Below are positions 36,988-48,148 of a DNA stretch of 64,000 nucleotides, one piece after another. The notes beneath the pieces were generated by a model that saw nothing but the letters and a program-made list of their open reading frames with translations, made no database searches and was not told the origin of the DNA. The number at the start of each line of letters is the position of its first letter. Position 1 is the first letter of the stretch. The DNA comes from Squalus acanthias. Taxonomy: Eukaryota. The translations under genes and the position numbers were made by a program. Location of the stretch: contig JASTWF010000323.1 of the NCBI GenBank assembly GCA_030390025.1, positions 248,001 to 312,000 of the forward strand, given 5' to 3'.

Positions 36988-38489
36988 GGCCCGAAAATTA
37001 GACCTAATCCGCGAGAGTACGCACTGTGTACTCTCGCGTTTTAGGTTTCCAATTACCGGTTTCCTGCATGCACTGCGCATGCGCGGGAAACCGGCACTTC
37101 ATGATTTCAAAAGGGGGCGGTTCCTAAGTCAACCGCGTGCGCGCTACAGGCTGCGCGCACGCAGTACACTAAATTGGGCCGAAAATTGATCCCGGGACCC
37201 GAGAGTACGCACTGCGTACTCTCGCGTATTTCCACTCCAATTGCCGGTTTTCTGCATGCCCTGCGCTTGCGCTGAAAACCGGCAATTGCTCTTCCGAAAA
37301 GGGGGCGGGGCCTGGGTGCATCGCGTGCGCGCTACAGGCTGCGCGCACGCTGTGCACTTCATGCTTTGGACGCGCAGGTAAGTTGGGAAGATTTTGGAAA
37401 TGTAAAAAGGAGGAGTAAGACCCGCTTTTAAGAAGGTAAGTAGTGAATTAAGTATTTTTTTGATTTTTTTTTTACAGGTATATCTTTTTTATAGACTTTA
37501 AAGACAGGTAAGTTTATTTTTATAACTTTTTAAAAGATTTTAAATTTTTTCAAAAATTTAATTTTTTATTTAAAATGGTTAATTTAATTAACTATACTTA
37601 TTTTATTAATGTGATGGGTTTTTTTTAATTTAATTGAGGTTTAGCTGTTATTTTGGGGGGTTGTAAGATTCATAAGTCTCACAGCCATGCTGTGAGACTT
37701 ATGAATGGAAGATGGTGTGCTGCCATTGGCTCTAACTGAGTCACGTGATCCCACAGCTCGCACGAATTCACTACGCCGCTGGGATACGCAAGCTCAGCAC
37801 AGCTGATGTCTGGAACATCAAGTTCGTGCGAGCTGGATCAGAAAAAGCATAAGCGAGGTGAGACTACGCGGGGAAGGCTTACCCCCGCGGGAACAGAGCG
37901 AGATCAATTTCTGGGCCGTTATTTTTTCAGCTTTGAACGCGCAGGTAAGTGTTGAAGATTTTACCCATAAAGAAAGCAGGCGTAGGACCCCTTTTAACAA
38001 GGTAAATAGTTAATTAAGTGTTTTTTTTTAATTTTTTGAACAGGTTTATCTTTTTTAGAGACTTTAAAAAGGTAAGTTTATTTTTATAACATTTAAAAAG
38101 ATATAAATTTTTTTCAAAAATTAAAATTTTTGTTTAAAGTGGTTAATTTATTTAACTATACTTATTTTATTAATGTGATGTCTTTTTTAATTAAATTAGG
38201 TTTAGCTGTTCTTTTGGGGGTTTGTAATATTCATAGCTTTGACAGCACTAGCAGTAAAAATAAGAATGAAAGATGGTGTGCTGCCATTGGCTCTAACTGA
38301 ATCACGTGATCCCAGAGCTCGCACGAACTAATTGCGTCTCTGGGTCAGGCAAGCACTGCACAGTTGCATGTGGTAGAGGGCTTGAATCTAAAGTTCGTGT
38401 GGGCCCGGAGGAAAAAGGTAGGTGCGGAGTGAGATATACGCGGGGAAGCCTTACCCCCGCGGGAACGCTCACTTTTTAATTTCTGAGCC
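36988..38489 (+). mobile_element. Harbinger-like MITE containing a nested copy of itself (37176-37917)
   Basis: Outer TIRs GGCCCGAAAATT / AATTTCTGAGCC with TSD ATT; inner TIRs GGGCCGAAAATT / AATTTCTGGGCC flanked by ATT/GTT. Confidence 0.8.
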
Positions 38490-39054
38490 ATTGTATTAAT
38501 AAAATATCATTGGAGCCGAAAACAAGACCCTAAATGCCAAGCAAAGTTTTCTGGGTCTTGACCCTTATGAAATGTTCCTCAGGCTGGAGAATCTTCCCTG
38601 CTGGCGTTTCTTTCCGAATCCAATTCCTTTGTTTACAGCATAACCCGAACTTTGATTCAATTCGGGAGACACTTGGCAGATTCTGTTTAACACAGAGAAT
38701 TGTGAAGTGAAAAATGAGGAGAGGCAATATGAAGTAAATGGTTCAATTTTAAAGGGTGTGAAGGAAAAGAGAGATCTAGGCCTATATGTACCCAAATCCT
38801 GGTAGGTGGCCGGACAAATTGTAAAGTATGTTAATAAAGCATACAAGATCCTTCGCTATACAGGACACAGATGCACCGGAGAAAGTATAAAACATATTTA
38901 CATCAGCAACATCTTGCATTAATATAGCGCATTTTTCATAGTAAAATAACCCAAGGCGCTTCATAGGAGCGTTATTGAACAAAGCTTTTCACCGAGCCAC
39001 GTAAGGAGATATTATAAAAGATGACCAAAAGCTTAGTCACAGAGGTAAGTTTTA

Positions 39055-39815
39055 AGAATATAAGAAATAAGAGCAGGAGTAGGCCATACGGCCCCTCGAG
39101 CCTGCTCAGACATTCAATAAGATCATTGCTGATCATCGACCTCAACTCCACTTTCCCGCCCGATCTCCATATCCTTTGATTTCCACAGAGTCCAAAAATC
39201 AATCTATCTCAAGCCTGAATATAATCAAAGATTCACCACGCACAGCCCACTGGGGCAGAGAATTCCAAATTTTCCCAACCCTCTGAGTGAAGAAATTCCT
39301 CGTCATCTCAGTCTTTAATGGCCTACTTCTTATCATAGAAACATAGAATCTAGGAGCAGGAGTTGGCCGTTCGAGCCTGCTCTACCATTCAATACGATCA
39401 TGGCTGATCATCCAAGTCCAGTACCCTGTCCCTGCTTTAATCCCCACAGTACACATATCCCACCCTACCCCCGTAACCCCACGTATTTAATTCCCCCTAA
39501 CATATCCCATCCCCCCACATATTTAATCCCCCCCTAACACTAAGGGTCAATTTATCATAGCCAAATCAACCTAACCCGCACATTTTTGGACTGTGGGAGG
39601 AAATATGAGCACCCGGAGGAAACCCACGCAGACACGGGGAGAATGTGCAAACTCCACACCGACAGTCACCCGAGGTCAGATTCGAACCCGGGTCCCTGGC
39701 GCTGTGAGGCACCAGTGCTAACCATTATGCCACCAACCATTATGCCACCGTGTTGTCCTGAGACTATGCCCCCCAGTTCTAGACACTCCAGCCAGGGGAA
39801 ACAACCTCTCAGCAT
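39055..39815 (-). mobile_element. CR1 3' end interrupted by an HE1-like V-SINE (39334-39755)
   Basis: CR1 tail ataagaaataagagcaggagtaggccat; SINE nearly identical to 34994-35390; CR1 resumes at ~39756. Confidence 0.88.
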
Positions 39816-39819
39816 ATTA

Positions 39820-40430
39820 AATGAGGAGGGAGATTTAATGGAGCAGAGAGGTTCAGGGAGGGGCTTCCTGAGCTTAGGGCACAGGCAGCTGAAAGCACAG
39901 CCGCCAATGGTGGTGCGGTTAAAATTGGAGATGTGCAAGATGCCACAAATAGAGGAGCACATCGATCTCGAGATTGTTGTGGGGCTGGTGGAGTTTGCAC
40001 AGATAGGGAGGGAGAGGCCGTGTAGGGTTTTGAAAGCAAGGATGAACATTTTTAAATTGAGGCATTGCCGGAACGGGAGTCAACGTAAGTCAGCGAGCAC
40101 AGGGGTGGTGGTTTTCCGGGATTTGGTGTGAGTTCGGTTACGGGCAGCACAGTTTTGGATGAGCTCAAGTTTTGGAGGGTGGGAGATGGGAAGCCGGCCA
40201 GAAGAGAGTTAGTGTTATCAAGTCTAGAGCTACGAAAGGCATGGATCATGGTTTGAGCAGCAGATGAGCTGAGACAGGGGCGAAGTTCGGTGATGTTACA
40301 GAGGTGGAATTAAGATGGAGTGGATATGTGGTCGGAAGATCATCCTTTGGTCAAGTACGACACCAAGGCTGCAGGCAGATTTATTCAGCCTTAGACAGGT
40401 GTGAAGGAGAGGGATGGAGTCGGTGTCGAG
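39820..40430 (-). mobile_element. L2-like LINE 3' fragment
   Basis: IHAFRSSRLDNTNSLLAG and FILAFKTLHGL peptides typical of the L2 RT C-terminal region. Confidence 0.75.
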
Positions 40431-40691
40431 AAAACGGAGTTGGTAGAGGGGGAGCAAGAGCTTCGGCATTACAAAAAGTTACTTGGATGGCCCCAGAACT
40501 GAAAGATGAATGTTATCGGGAAAGAATGAATAGATTGGGAATAGTGCCGGGTCCCAAGCACAGTGCTCGACACGCCGCTGGGTATATTTTCAGATCACCA
40601 GCGATTCCTGGTGTAATTCAGTGGATGGCAGTCTGTGGCTGACTATTACATTCATGGACTGGAAACACTGGGACCCGCCTCTGGGCTGCGC

Positions 40692-41602
40692 TCAGTTGTT
40701 CTGATTATTAATGAATTGAATAATTGAGGTAACTGGATATTTCACCGCGTTCTTCACCTGCTCTCTGAACTTGGACTGGGTCACCCCGTAAATAAATGTG
40801 TTTGTGCAGCAACTTAAATTACGCAGCATAAATCCGACTTGATCAAAGATAATTAAAGAATCTTTGTAATCATTGGGATTTGTTCCTGTAATGGTATAAT
40901 ATAAGAAATCTATAACAGTTACCAACCACAGAAGTATGAAGCTGGCGGATACAGTGAAGAGTAAAATCACAGCCTTCCTTCTGCTCTCCATTTCTGGGTC
41001 ACTGCCATTCTCTCCCCTGCTCTCACCCCTCAGTCCCTTACGGACTCGACTGGCCACCAAAATGTGTCTGACTGTCAGAGCGTTGAGCAGCAGAATTAAA
41101 GCGAATGGGAGCAATGGGGTTAAAACCTTATCAAACCACTCAAATCCCACCCAGCCGGGCTCAGTGAAATAGCTTGGGATTTCGGAACAGAACCACGGTA
41201 CATTGTCGATAATCACCCAGGGTTGAATTGTAAAGTACAATGGAACGTTTTTTAAACAGAGCAGAATACAGGTTGTTCCCAGAACCAAAGCTGCAGTTTT
41301 CTCGGTGCAATATTTGGTTTTCAGCTTTTGGCAACAAATGGACACAAATCGATCAAAGGTGAAAGTGACAGTGAACCAGACAGAACTGTCTGTGGTTGCA
41401 CGGACCAGGACAGCGATAACAGTACACACAGGAGTGATGTCCAGGAAACACCATGGGAAATAATGCCCATTGATCCGGTTCAGTATGACCTCAGTGACAA
41501 TGACCAGTAGATCCGCCGCTGCCATGCCCACCAGGTAGCGAGTGGTGCAGGTGGAGAGCCCGCACTTTCCCCGGGACAGGATCACAATCGCCAGAAAATT
41601 CA
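40692..41602 (-). CDS. GPR139/GPR142-like class A GPCR, exon 2 (TM1 end to stop)
   Basis: Open frame with 7TM motifs: (GVPV)N, MAAADLL, FTFDRF, PWFC, LTPLLPF, FILLW, SCCTNTFIY; acceptor ttttttacag|TG at 41603-41605. Confidence 0.93.
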
Positions 41603-41676
41603 CTGTAAAAAAGAGAAGGGAAATGAGACACAAAAAAAATGTTCAAACATTCTCCGTGTCTGAGCCCAGACAGTAA

Positions 41677-42345
41677 GGGCTGGATTTCAACACCTCAGAA
41701 ACGCGCGGTAGGGGTCGGGAAAGAATTTAAAATTTAAAATTTCGTCCCGACCCAACCCGCCTCTAATCCGCCCGCTGCCGAGTTTAACTGAAACGGGAAA
41801 GGGGCGGGGCAGCGAACCGCTCCCAGGAGGCGGATTGGCAATTTAAATATTTTAATGAAGCGGGAAGCCTCTGATTTAACCTCTTTTACAGGTTTTACTC
41901 TGGTTGGCCGTGTTTCCATAGCCGCGGAAATGCTTTCACCCCGCCCCCCAAGCTCCACCCATCGCCGATAGATAGAATCCCGCGGTCGGACATCCCCAAC
42001 ACTGGAAATTGGACATCCTCCCAGGACCGGTCAAACGCCCGGGTCCATGATCGGATACAGCCGGGATCGGACGTCCCATCGAACCCCACACATTGTTGTG
42101 CACGTGACCGGCCTGATCCTCTACCGGAGCCCCCGCATCCCCTGTCCGAATGGAAGCCCGACTGTTAATCAGGCTGACTTCCCGGGTGGGGAACCAGTCA
42201 AGGACACAGGACGGGCGCTTTGGAGTTGAGGCACCCCAAAATCCGGGAATACCCGGACTTCAGGGCATCCTGTCTGATACTCTGCATCCAGCCCCCACAC
42301 CCCCTGCCATCGCCTACGTAACCCACCCCTGTTAATATCCAGGCC
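41677..42345. mobile_element. GC-rich PIF/Harbinger-type MITE in the GPCR intron
   Basis: TIRs GGGCTGGATTTCAACA / TGTTAATATCCAGGCC flanked by TAA on both sides (41674-41676, 42346-42348). Confidence 0.85.
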
Positions 42346-42359
42346 TAAGTATTTGAGGA

Positions 42360-43815
42360 AAAGCAAAATACTGAGACTGCTGTAAGTCTGAATGAAAAAA
42401 AGACATTGCTGAAAACACTCAACAGGTCAGGCAGCATCTGTGGAGAGAGAAACAGAGTTAACGTTTCATGTCGATGACCTTTCATCAGAACTGGAAGATA
42501 TCAGCTATTAACAGTAATAAAAAAATGATAGAGTCAGAGAAAAGTGCGGAAGCATAAGGAAGGAACAAAGAGGAATGTCTGTGATCGGCTGGAGGGCAGG
42601 AGTAATTCAATGACTAAAGTGATGATGGTGCAAGGCGAATGGGACAATTAAATAAAGAGAAGATGGGTCCAGAGGCGGTGTAACTGGTTACAGCAGAATA
42701 ACAGAGGGGGAGGTGAAGCATGGCAAATTAGGCAGAGAAAGTTGTGTAGATCCCAAGTGCTTGGACAAGCCCGCCGGCGGTGTACCGGGATCGCCACTCC
42801 AAGCCCCAGCGGACACCTCCTCCATTCCCAGAAGCTCTGGTGGATCCATCCTCTCTTACCAGCATGTCGACCGAGAAAACGGGAGTAGAGGTTATGATCT
42901 GAAATTTTTAAACTAAGTTTTGAGTCCGGTAGGCAATAAAATGCCTATTTGAAAAATACGGTGCAGTTCCTCATTGAAGTTTAAAGGGGGAAAGGGCTGA
43001 AGGCCGAGAATAGAGAGGCCGGAGTGTGAGTTGGATGTAGAATTAAAGTGGCTAGTGAGCTGAAGCTCAGGGTCACACTTGCGGACTGAACGGATGCATT
43101 CAGCAAAGTAATCATTCAATCTATGTTTAGTTCATCCAATGTACAGGAGACTGGATCGTGGGCAGCGAATACAGTAAACTAAATTGTAAGAAGTACAAGT
43201 TAATTACTGTTTCACGTGGATGGAATGTTTGTGGGCCTGGCTGGTGGGATAGAAAGAGGGGAAAGGGCAGCTGTTGCATCTCCTGCGCTTGTATAGGAAG
43301 GTGCCGTATAAGGGGAGCAGATGTTAGATGTGACAGAAGAGTGGACCAGGGTGTTGCGAGGGCCAGGGGCTGGAAGGGCAGAGAAGATATGTTTGACGGT
43401 GGCCTTAGCTGGACGTGGCGGAAATGGCAGAGGATGGCCCGTTGAATGTGAAGGCTGGTGCAGTGGAAGCTGAGGACAAGGTGAACCCTATCTGGGTTCT
43501 GGCACGGAGGGCACGGGGTGACGGCATCAACGCAGGATTGACACGGTCGAGGGCCCTGTCAATCATAATGGAGACGAATACTCGGTGAGGAAATATGTAG
43601 ATATTTCAGTAGCACTGGTGTGGAAGTTGGCATCGTCAGGACATTTGCAACGTTTACGGAGAAACTTTGAGAATAGAATAGAGCCCTTCCCGGAAGTCGG
43701 CTGGGAGGAAGTATAATCAAGAATCCTACGGGAGTTGGTGGGCTTATAGTAGATATTGGTGGACGGCCTAGCCCCTGAAATGGAGATAGAGAAGTCGAGG
43801 AAGGGAAGGTAAGAC
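42360..43815 (-). mobile_element. Degraded Penelope-like element
   Basis: LPFLDFSISIS...YYKPTNS...LDYTSS and FAECIRSVRKCDPEL peptides; hammerhead terminus at 42456-42492. Confidence 0.85.
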
Positions 43816-44237
43816 AACTGTGGTTCACTAATTACATGTTATTCCTGTATTTAAAATGGATGGCCGAACAAGTGCAAGGAACTACTGACCAGTTCCCATA
43901 GTGTTGGTGGCATGAAAGATAATGGAATCCTTACTCAAAGACGTAATAGAAAAACATCTAGAAACACAAAATATAATAAAGAGTAGTCAGCTCGTATTCC
44001 AAAATGACTGGTCATGCTAGACCAAACTTATTGAATTCTTTGAATACGTATCAGAAAGAGCAGATAAGGGTAATGCAGTAGATGTAATATAATTTGATTT
44101 TCTATAGCCCTTCAATAAGTTACCGCAAAGAAGACTGAATCACAGAGCAAGTTGAGTTAATGGAGACGCTGCAGAATGGATAGTGAGCTGGCTAAAAAAA
44201 CAGAAAACAGGGAGCAAGGGATAAAGGTATTTACTCA

Positions 44238-44856
44238 TACGATAGCAAAATACTGCGGATGCTGGAAATCCGAAATAACAACAGAAAACGCTGGAAAAAC
44301 TCAGCAGGCCAGGCAGCATCCGTGGAGAGAGAAAGAGGGTTAACGTTTCAGGTCGATGACCTTTCATCAGAACTGGGAAGAGCCGGAAATCAAATAGTTT
44401 TAAGGGAAGGGTAAAACTGGGAAAAGGGGGAGGGGATAAAGCAACAAAGGGGGAGATGAAGAGACATTAAGAGACATTAAGAGATATGCAAGGCTAGAGG
44501 TGGTGTTAATGTGACAGATTAAGGCTGAATGAAGTGTGAAATCCACTGGCAGAATGAAGGACAGCTGCCAGCTTCTAGGAGGAAAAAAAAGGTGGGGGGG
44601 GGGACAAATAAAAGGGTGGATAAAATACAATATAAATGTGATTGGAGTTGAGGTTATGATCTAAAATTGTTGAACTCGATATTGAGTCCAGAGGGCTGTA
44701 GCGTGCCTAAACGAAAGATGAGGTGCTGTTCCTCGAGCTTACGCTGAGCTTCCGTGGAACAGTGTAATAGGCCGAGGACGGTGAGGTCAGAGTGGGAGTG
44801 AAGCGGTGAATTAAAGTGACAGGCCACCGGGAGCTCGGGGTCCCCCTTACGGACTG
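44238..44856 (-). mobile_element. Young 5'-truncated Penelope-like insertion with 14-bp TSD
   Basis: AAGGTATTTACTCA at 44224-44237 and 44857-44870; near-identical to 63149-63770. Confidence 0.9.
44338..44374 (-). ncRNA. Minimal hammerhead ribozyme (Penelope-associated)
   Basis: Same core as 63247-63283 with one stem I mismatch. Confidence 0.72.
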
Positions 44857-46629
44857 AAGGTATTTACTCAGATTGGCAGATGGTGAGAAGTGGTGTTCCA
44901 CAAGTATCGGCGCTGGGAACACTGTTCAACATTTACATAAACGATATTGACTCGGGACGCAGAAGCACAAATTCCAAATTTTCAGACAGATCCAAATTGG
45001 GAATAGAGTTAATACAGAGGAAGAATGCAACACAATACATGAAGACATTAATAAACTTGCAGAATGGGTGTATAAATGGCAAATTAATTTAAATATAGCT
45101 GAATTTGAGCTGTTGCATTTTGGTTGGAAGAATAAGGTTCCCAAATACCCCTTTTAAATAAGAGTCAGAATGAGGTAGAGGGTCATAGGGTTTCAGTGGT
45201 ACAGATTCACAAATCATTTAAAGTACCAACGCAGGTTAACAATGCCATGCAATGGAAACAAAGCACTGGGGTTCATTTCAAGCTGAATAGAATCGAAAAG
45301 TAAAGGGGTTATCATAAAACTATATAGAACCTTGGTTATACCACACTTAGTGTACTATGCACAGTTCTGGTCTCCATATTACACAAAGGATATCAAGGCA
45401 CAGGAGAAGGTGCAATTTGTTTACAAGGCTGATACCAGAACTGAGAAATTATAACCATCAGGAAAGATTATACAGGCTGGGGCTCTTTTCTTTGCAAAAA
45501 GAAGTTTGAGTGGCGGCCTAATAGAGAGGCCTTTAAATTATGAAGGATTAACATAGAGTAGATGTTTGCACTTGTGAGGTGAGTCAAAAACTGGAGATTA
45601 TCGATATAAGATAGTCACTAATAAATCCATTAAGGAATTCAGGAGAACTTACTTACTCAGAGAGTGGTTAGAAAGTGGGACTCGCTACAACTTGGAGTAC
45701 TTGAGGCGTATAGCAGAGATGCCTTTAAGGGGAAGCTAGATAAGTACACGAGGTAGAAAGCTGTAGAAGTTTATGCTGATAGGGTTAGATGAAGAGGGGT
45801 GAGAGGAGGCTCCTGTGGAGCATACAAACTGTCATAAACTAGTAGGGCCGATTGGCCTGTTTTGTGATGTAGATTCTATGGAGTTCTCCATAACTTGAGT
45901 ACAAATTAATCACAGTCATCAGTTTTTTCATAACATTGTGGATATTGAAGTGCCTTTTTTATTGAAGCATTGCAGTATTTATTCATTAATCAGAGATTAA
46001 TAATGTTATTATTTTCAGCCTCCGGACTGATCACCGTATTATGAAAACCTGATATACATGTTCTTCAGTTATACGTGTCTCTCCTCGCAGGGACACAACT
46101 CACTGAGCTAAGGACAGAGATCGATGCAGGTTACCTGTGTAGAGAACCTGAATCATAGTTAAGAAATTGTTCATCAAACCATAATCAGTAACAGAAGTTT
46201 ACTAATCAATAACCACAGTCCAATATTCATCGTGTCTAATAACAAGATAATAAAATTCAGCATTCATGACTCACAGATTTTCATGCCCGTGTTAGGGGAA
46301 GTGGATTCATCGACATCAAAACAGCTAAAGTGTTTACAGTACCTATACTTAGAATAAGAATAAGTCATTATACAGAGGATTTAAATAATGTAACACTGCT
46401 GTCCTGCTGTTTACATGTCACTAAATCATTAACATCTGTTTCAGTTGGTGTAGTTCTGTAGGAAACAGAGCAGTATCCATGCATTTCACTTTATACATGT
46501 ATAACCAAACATGTTCAACCAACAGCATAAATATTCCCGTACGCCATCGATTACATTCGTAAAACATGAATGCCGCTCCATGGAGGGTAGAGATCAGTCA
46601 TCTAAAACAATGATTTCAACGTAGAACCA

Positions 46630-47270
46630 ACTTGTTCCACTCCGGTTAGTGACTCACACTCAGTACATATCTACAGTGACAGATAGTCCCAGTAACACAT
46701 GGACACTGGGGTCAGGTGGTCCGCTCCGGTTAGTGACTCACACTCAGTAATATTCTGCATTGAAAGATACTCCCAGGAATACATGGACACTGGGGTCAGG
46801 CGTTCCACTCTGGTTAGTGACTCACACTCAGTACATTTCTACCGTGACAGATACTCCCAGTAATACATGGACACTGGGGTCAGCTGGTCCGCGCTGGTTA
46901 GTGACCCACACTCCGTACAGTTCTACCGTGACAGATATACCCTGTAATGCATGGCCACTGGGGTGAGGCGTTCCATTCCTGTTAGTGACCCACACTCATT
47001 AATATTCTATATTGATAGATACTCCCAGTAATTCATGACCATTGGGGTCAGGCGTTCCAATCCAGTTAGTGACCCACACTGAGTACAATACTACATTGAA
47101 AGCTACTCCTAGTAATACATGGCCATTGGGGTCAATTGTTCCACTCTGGTTAGTGACCCACACTCAGAACAATTCTACATTAACAGATACTCCCAGTAAT
47201 TCATGGCCATTGGTGTCAGACCTTCCACTCCGGTTAGTGACCCACACTCAATCCAGTTCCACAGTGACAG
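46630..47270. repeat. Intronic minisatellite, ~84-bp unit, ~7.5 copies
   Basis: gttagtgac(t/c)cacact recurs at ~46643, 46728, 46812, 46896, 46981, 47064, 47148, 47232. Confidence 0.92.
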
Positions 47271-47589
47271 TCCCTTACACTAATACATTCTCTGAGAGAG
47301 TTGCTCACACTGAGGTCTGATTCAACAGTACACGATATTCCACTAACGGCAATAACTTGATTGTTCTGCTAGCCCTTGAGTTACAAACAGATGTTTACTT
47401 TCAGTTGAGGCAATGGAATAAAACCGCAGAGGTAATTCAGGACATTTGACTGAACAAAATGATATCACTGATTGGGGGTCTGTATAACGATGACCACTAG
47501 ACGAGGATGTAACATGATCAGTCACAGAGCAAAACCAGAGACCAGCTCACACACAGATTTACACAACTTCAATGTTTATAGTCACTTAC

Positions 47590-47656
47590 CAGGAACTCCA
47601 ATGACGGCAATGATCATGTAGTATATTTTCTCCACTCTTAAATATATTTCCATCAT
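47590..47656 (-). CDS. GPR139-like GPCR exon 1 (MMEIYLRVEKIYYMIIAVIGVP)
   Basis: ATG ATG GAA...GGA GTT CCT G|gtaagt; the phase-1 donor joins exon 2 (G+TG = Val) to give GVPVNFLAIVIL, restoring TM1. Confidence 0.9.
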
Positions 47657-47740
47657 TTTCTTTGTGAAGCGATGTGTCTCTTCGAACTGCAGACAATCTC
47701 TGAATTAAACACTGAGGCGTAACTTTCCCAGAGCCTTTAA

Positions 47741-47746
47741 TTTATA
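47741..47746 (-). promoter_or_regulatory. Candidate TATA box of the GPCR gene
   Basis: TATAAA on the minus strand ~85 bp upstream of the first ATG. Confidence 0.55.
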
Positions 47747-48148
47747 CACTACGGGATCTCCACGGGGACATTGAGGTTGCAACATCGCTCAAAATAGTAT
47801 TTTTAAAAGTTGAACAAACAGATTACGACAGCCCAGTTAACTCCCTGTTGTGATGGAATATATTTAGTGCTGTGATTCAAATTGAAACCCCCAAAGACCG
47901 CACAATTCTGATCCCATTAATGAACTGATGAAAATTGTCAGCTGTATATTCCTAGCAATGGGCTTGTTTCTTAAATCTCCGTCAGGGCCTTCGCTAGATC
48001 TCATATTGTTTCTGTGATGTCCTTCACTCTGCTGTGGCCATTGAGTAATTACATTCCGAATGTTAGAGTTATCGCTCATGGCTGCTCTGCTGCTCTCTGG
48101 GATGGGGTTGCCCTCTTTAACTGTGGACATTCAGTAATTAAATTCCAA

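Larger units (their letters stand above)
43900..45885 (+). mobile_element. Degenerate CR1 RT/3' fragment interrupted by a young Penelope-like insertion
   Basis: SGVPQVSALGTLFNIYINDID; CR1-type tail at ~45845-45880. Confidence 0.85.

Noticed and set aside
41603..41633. ORF-track N-terminus MCLISLLFF for the GPCR
   Set aside because: It is the intron polypyrimidine tract; the real exon 1 at 47590-47656 splices in frame.
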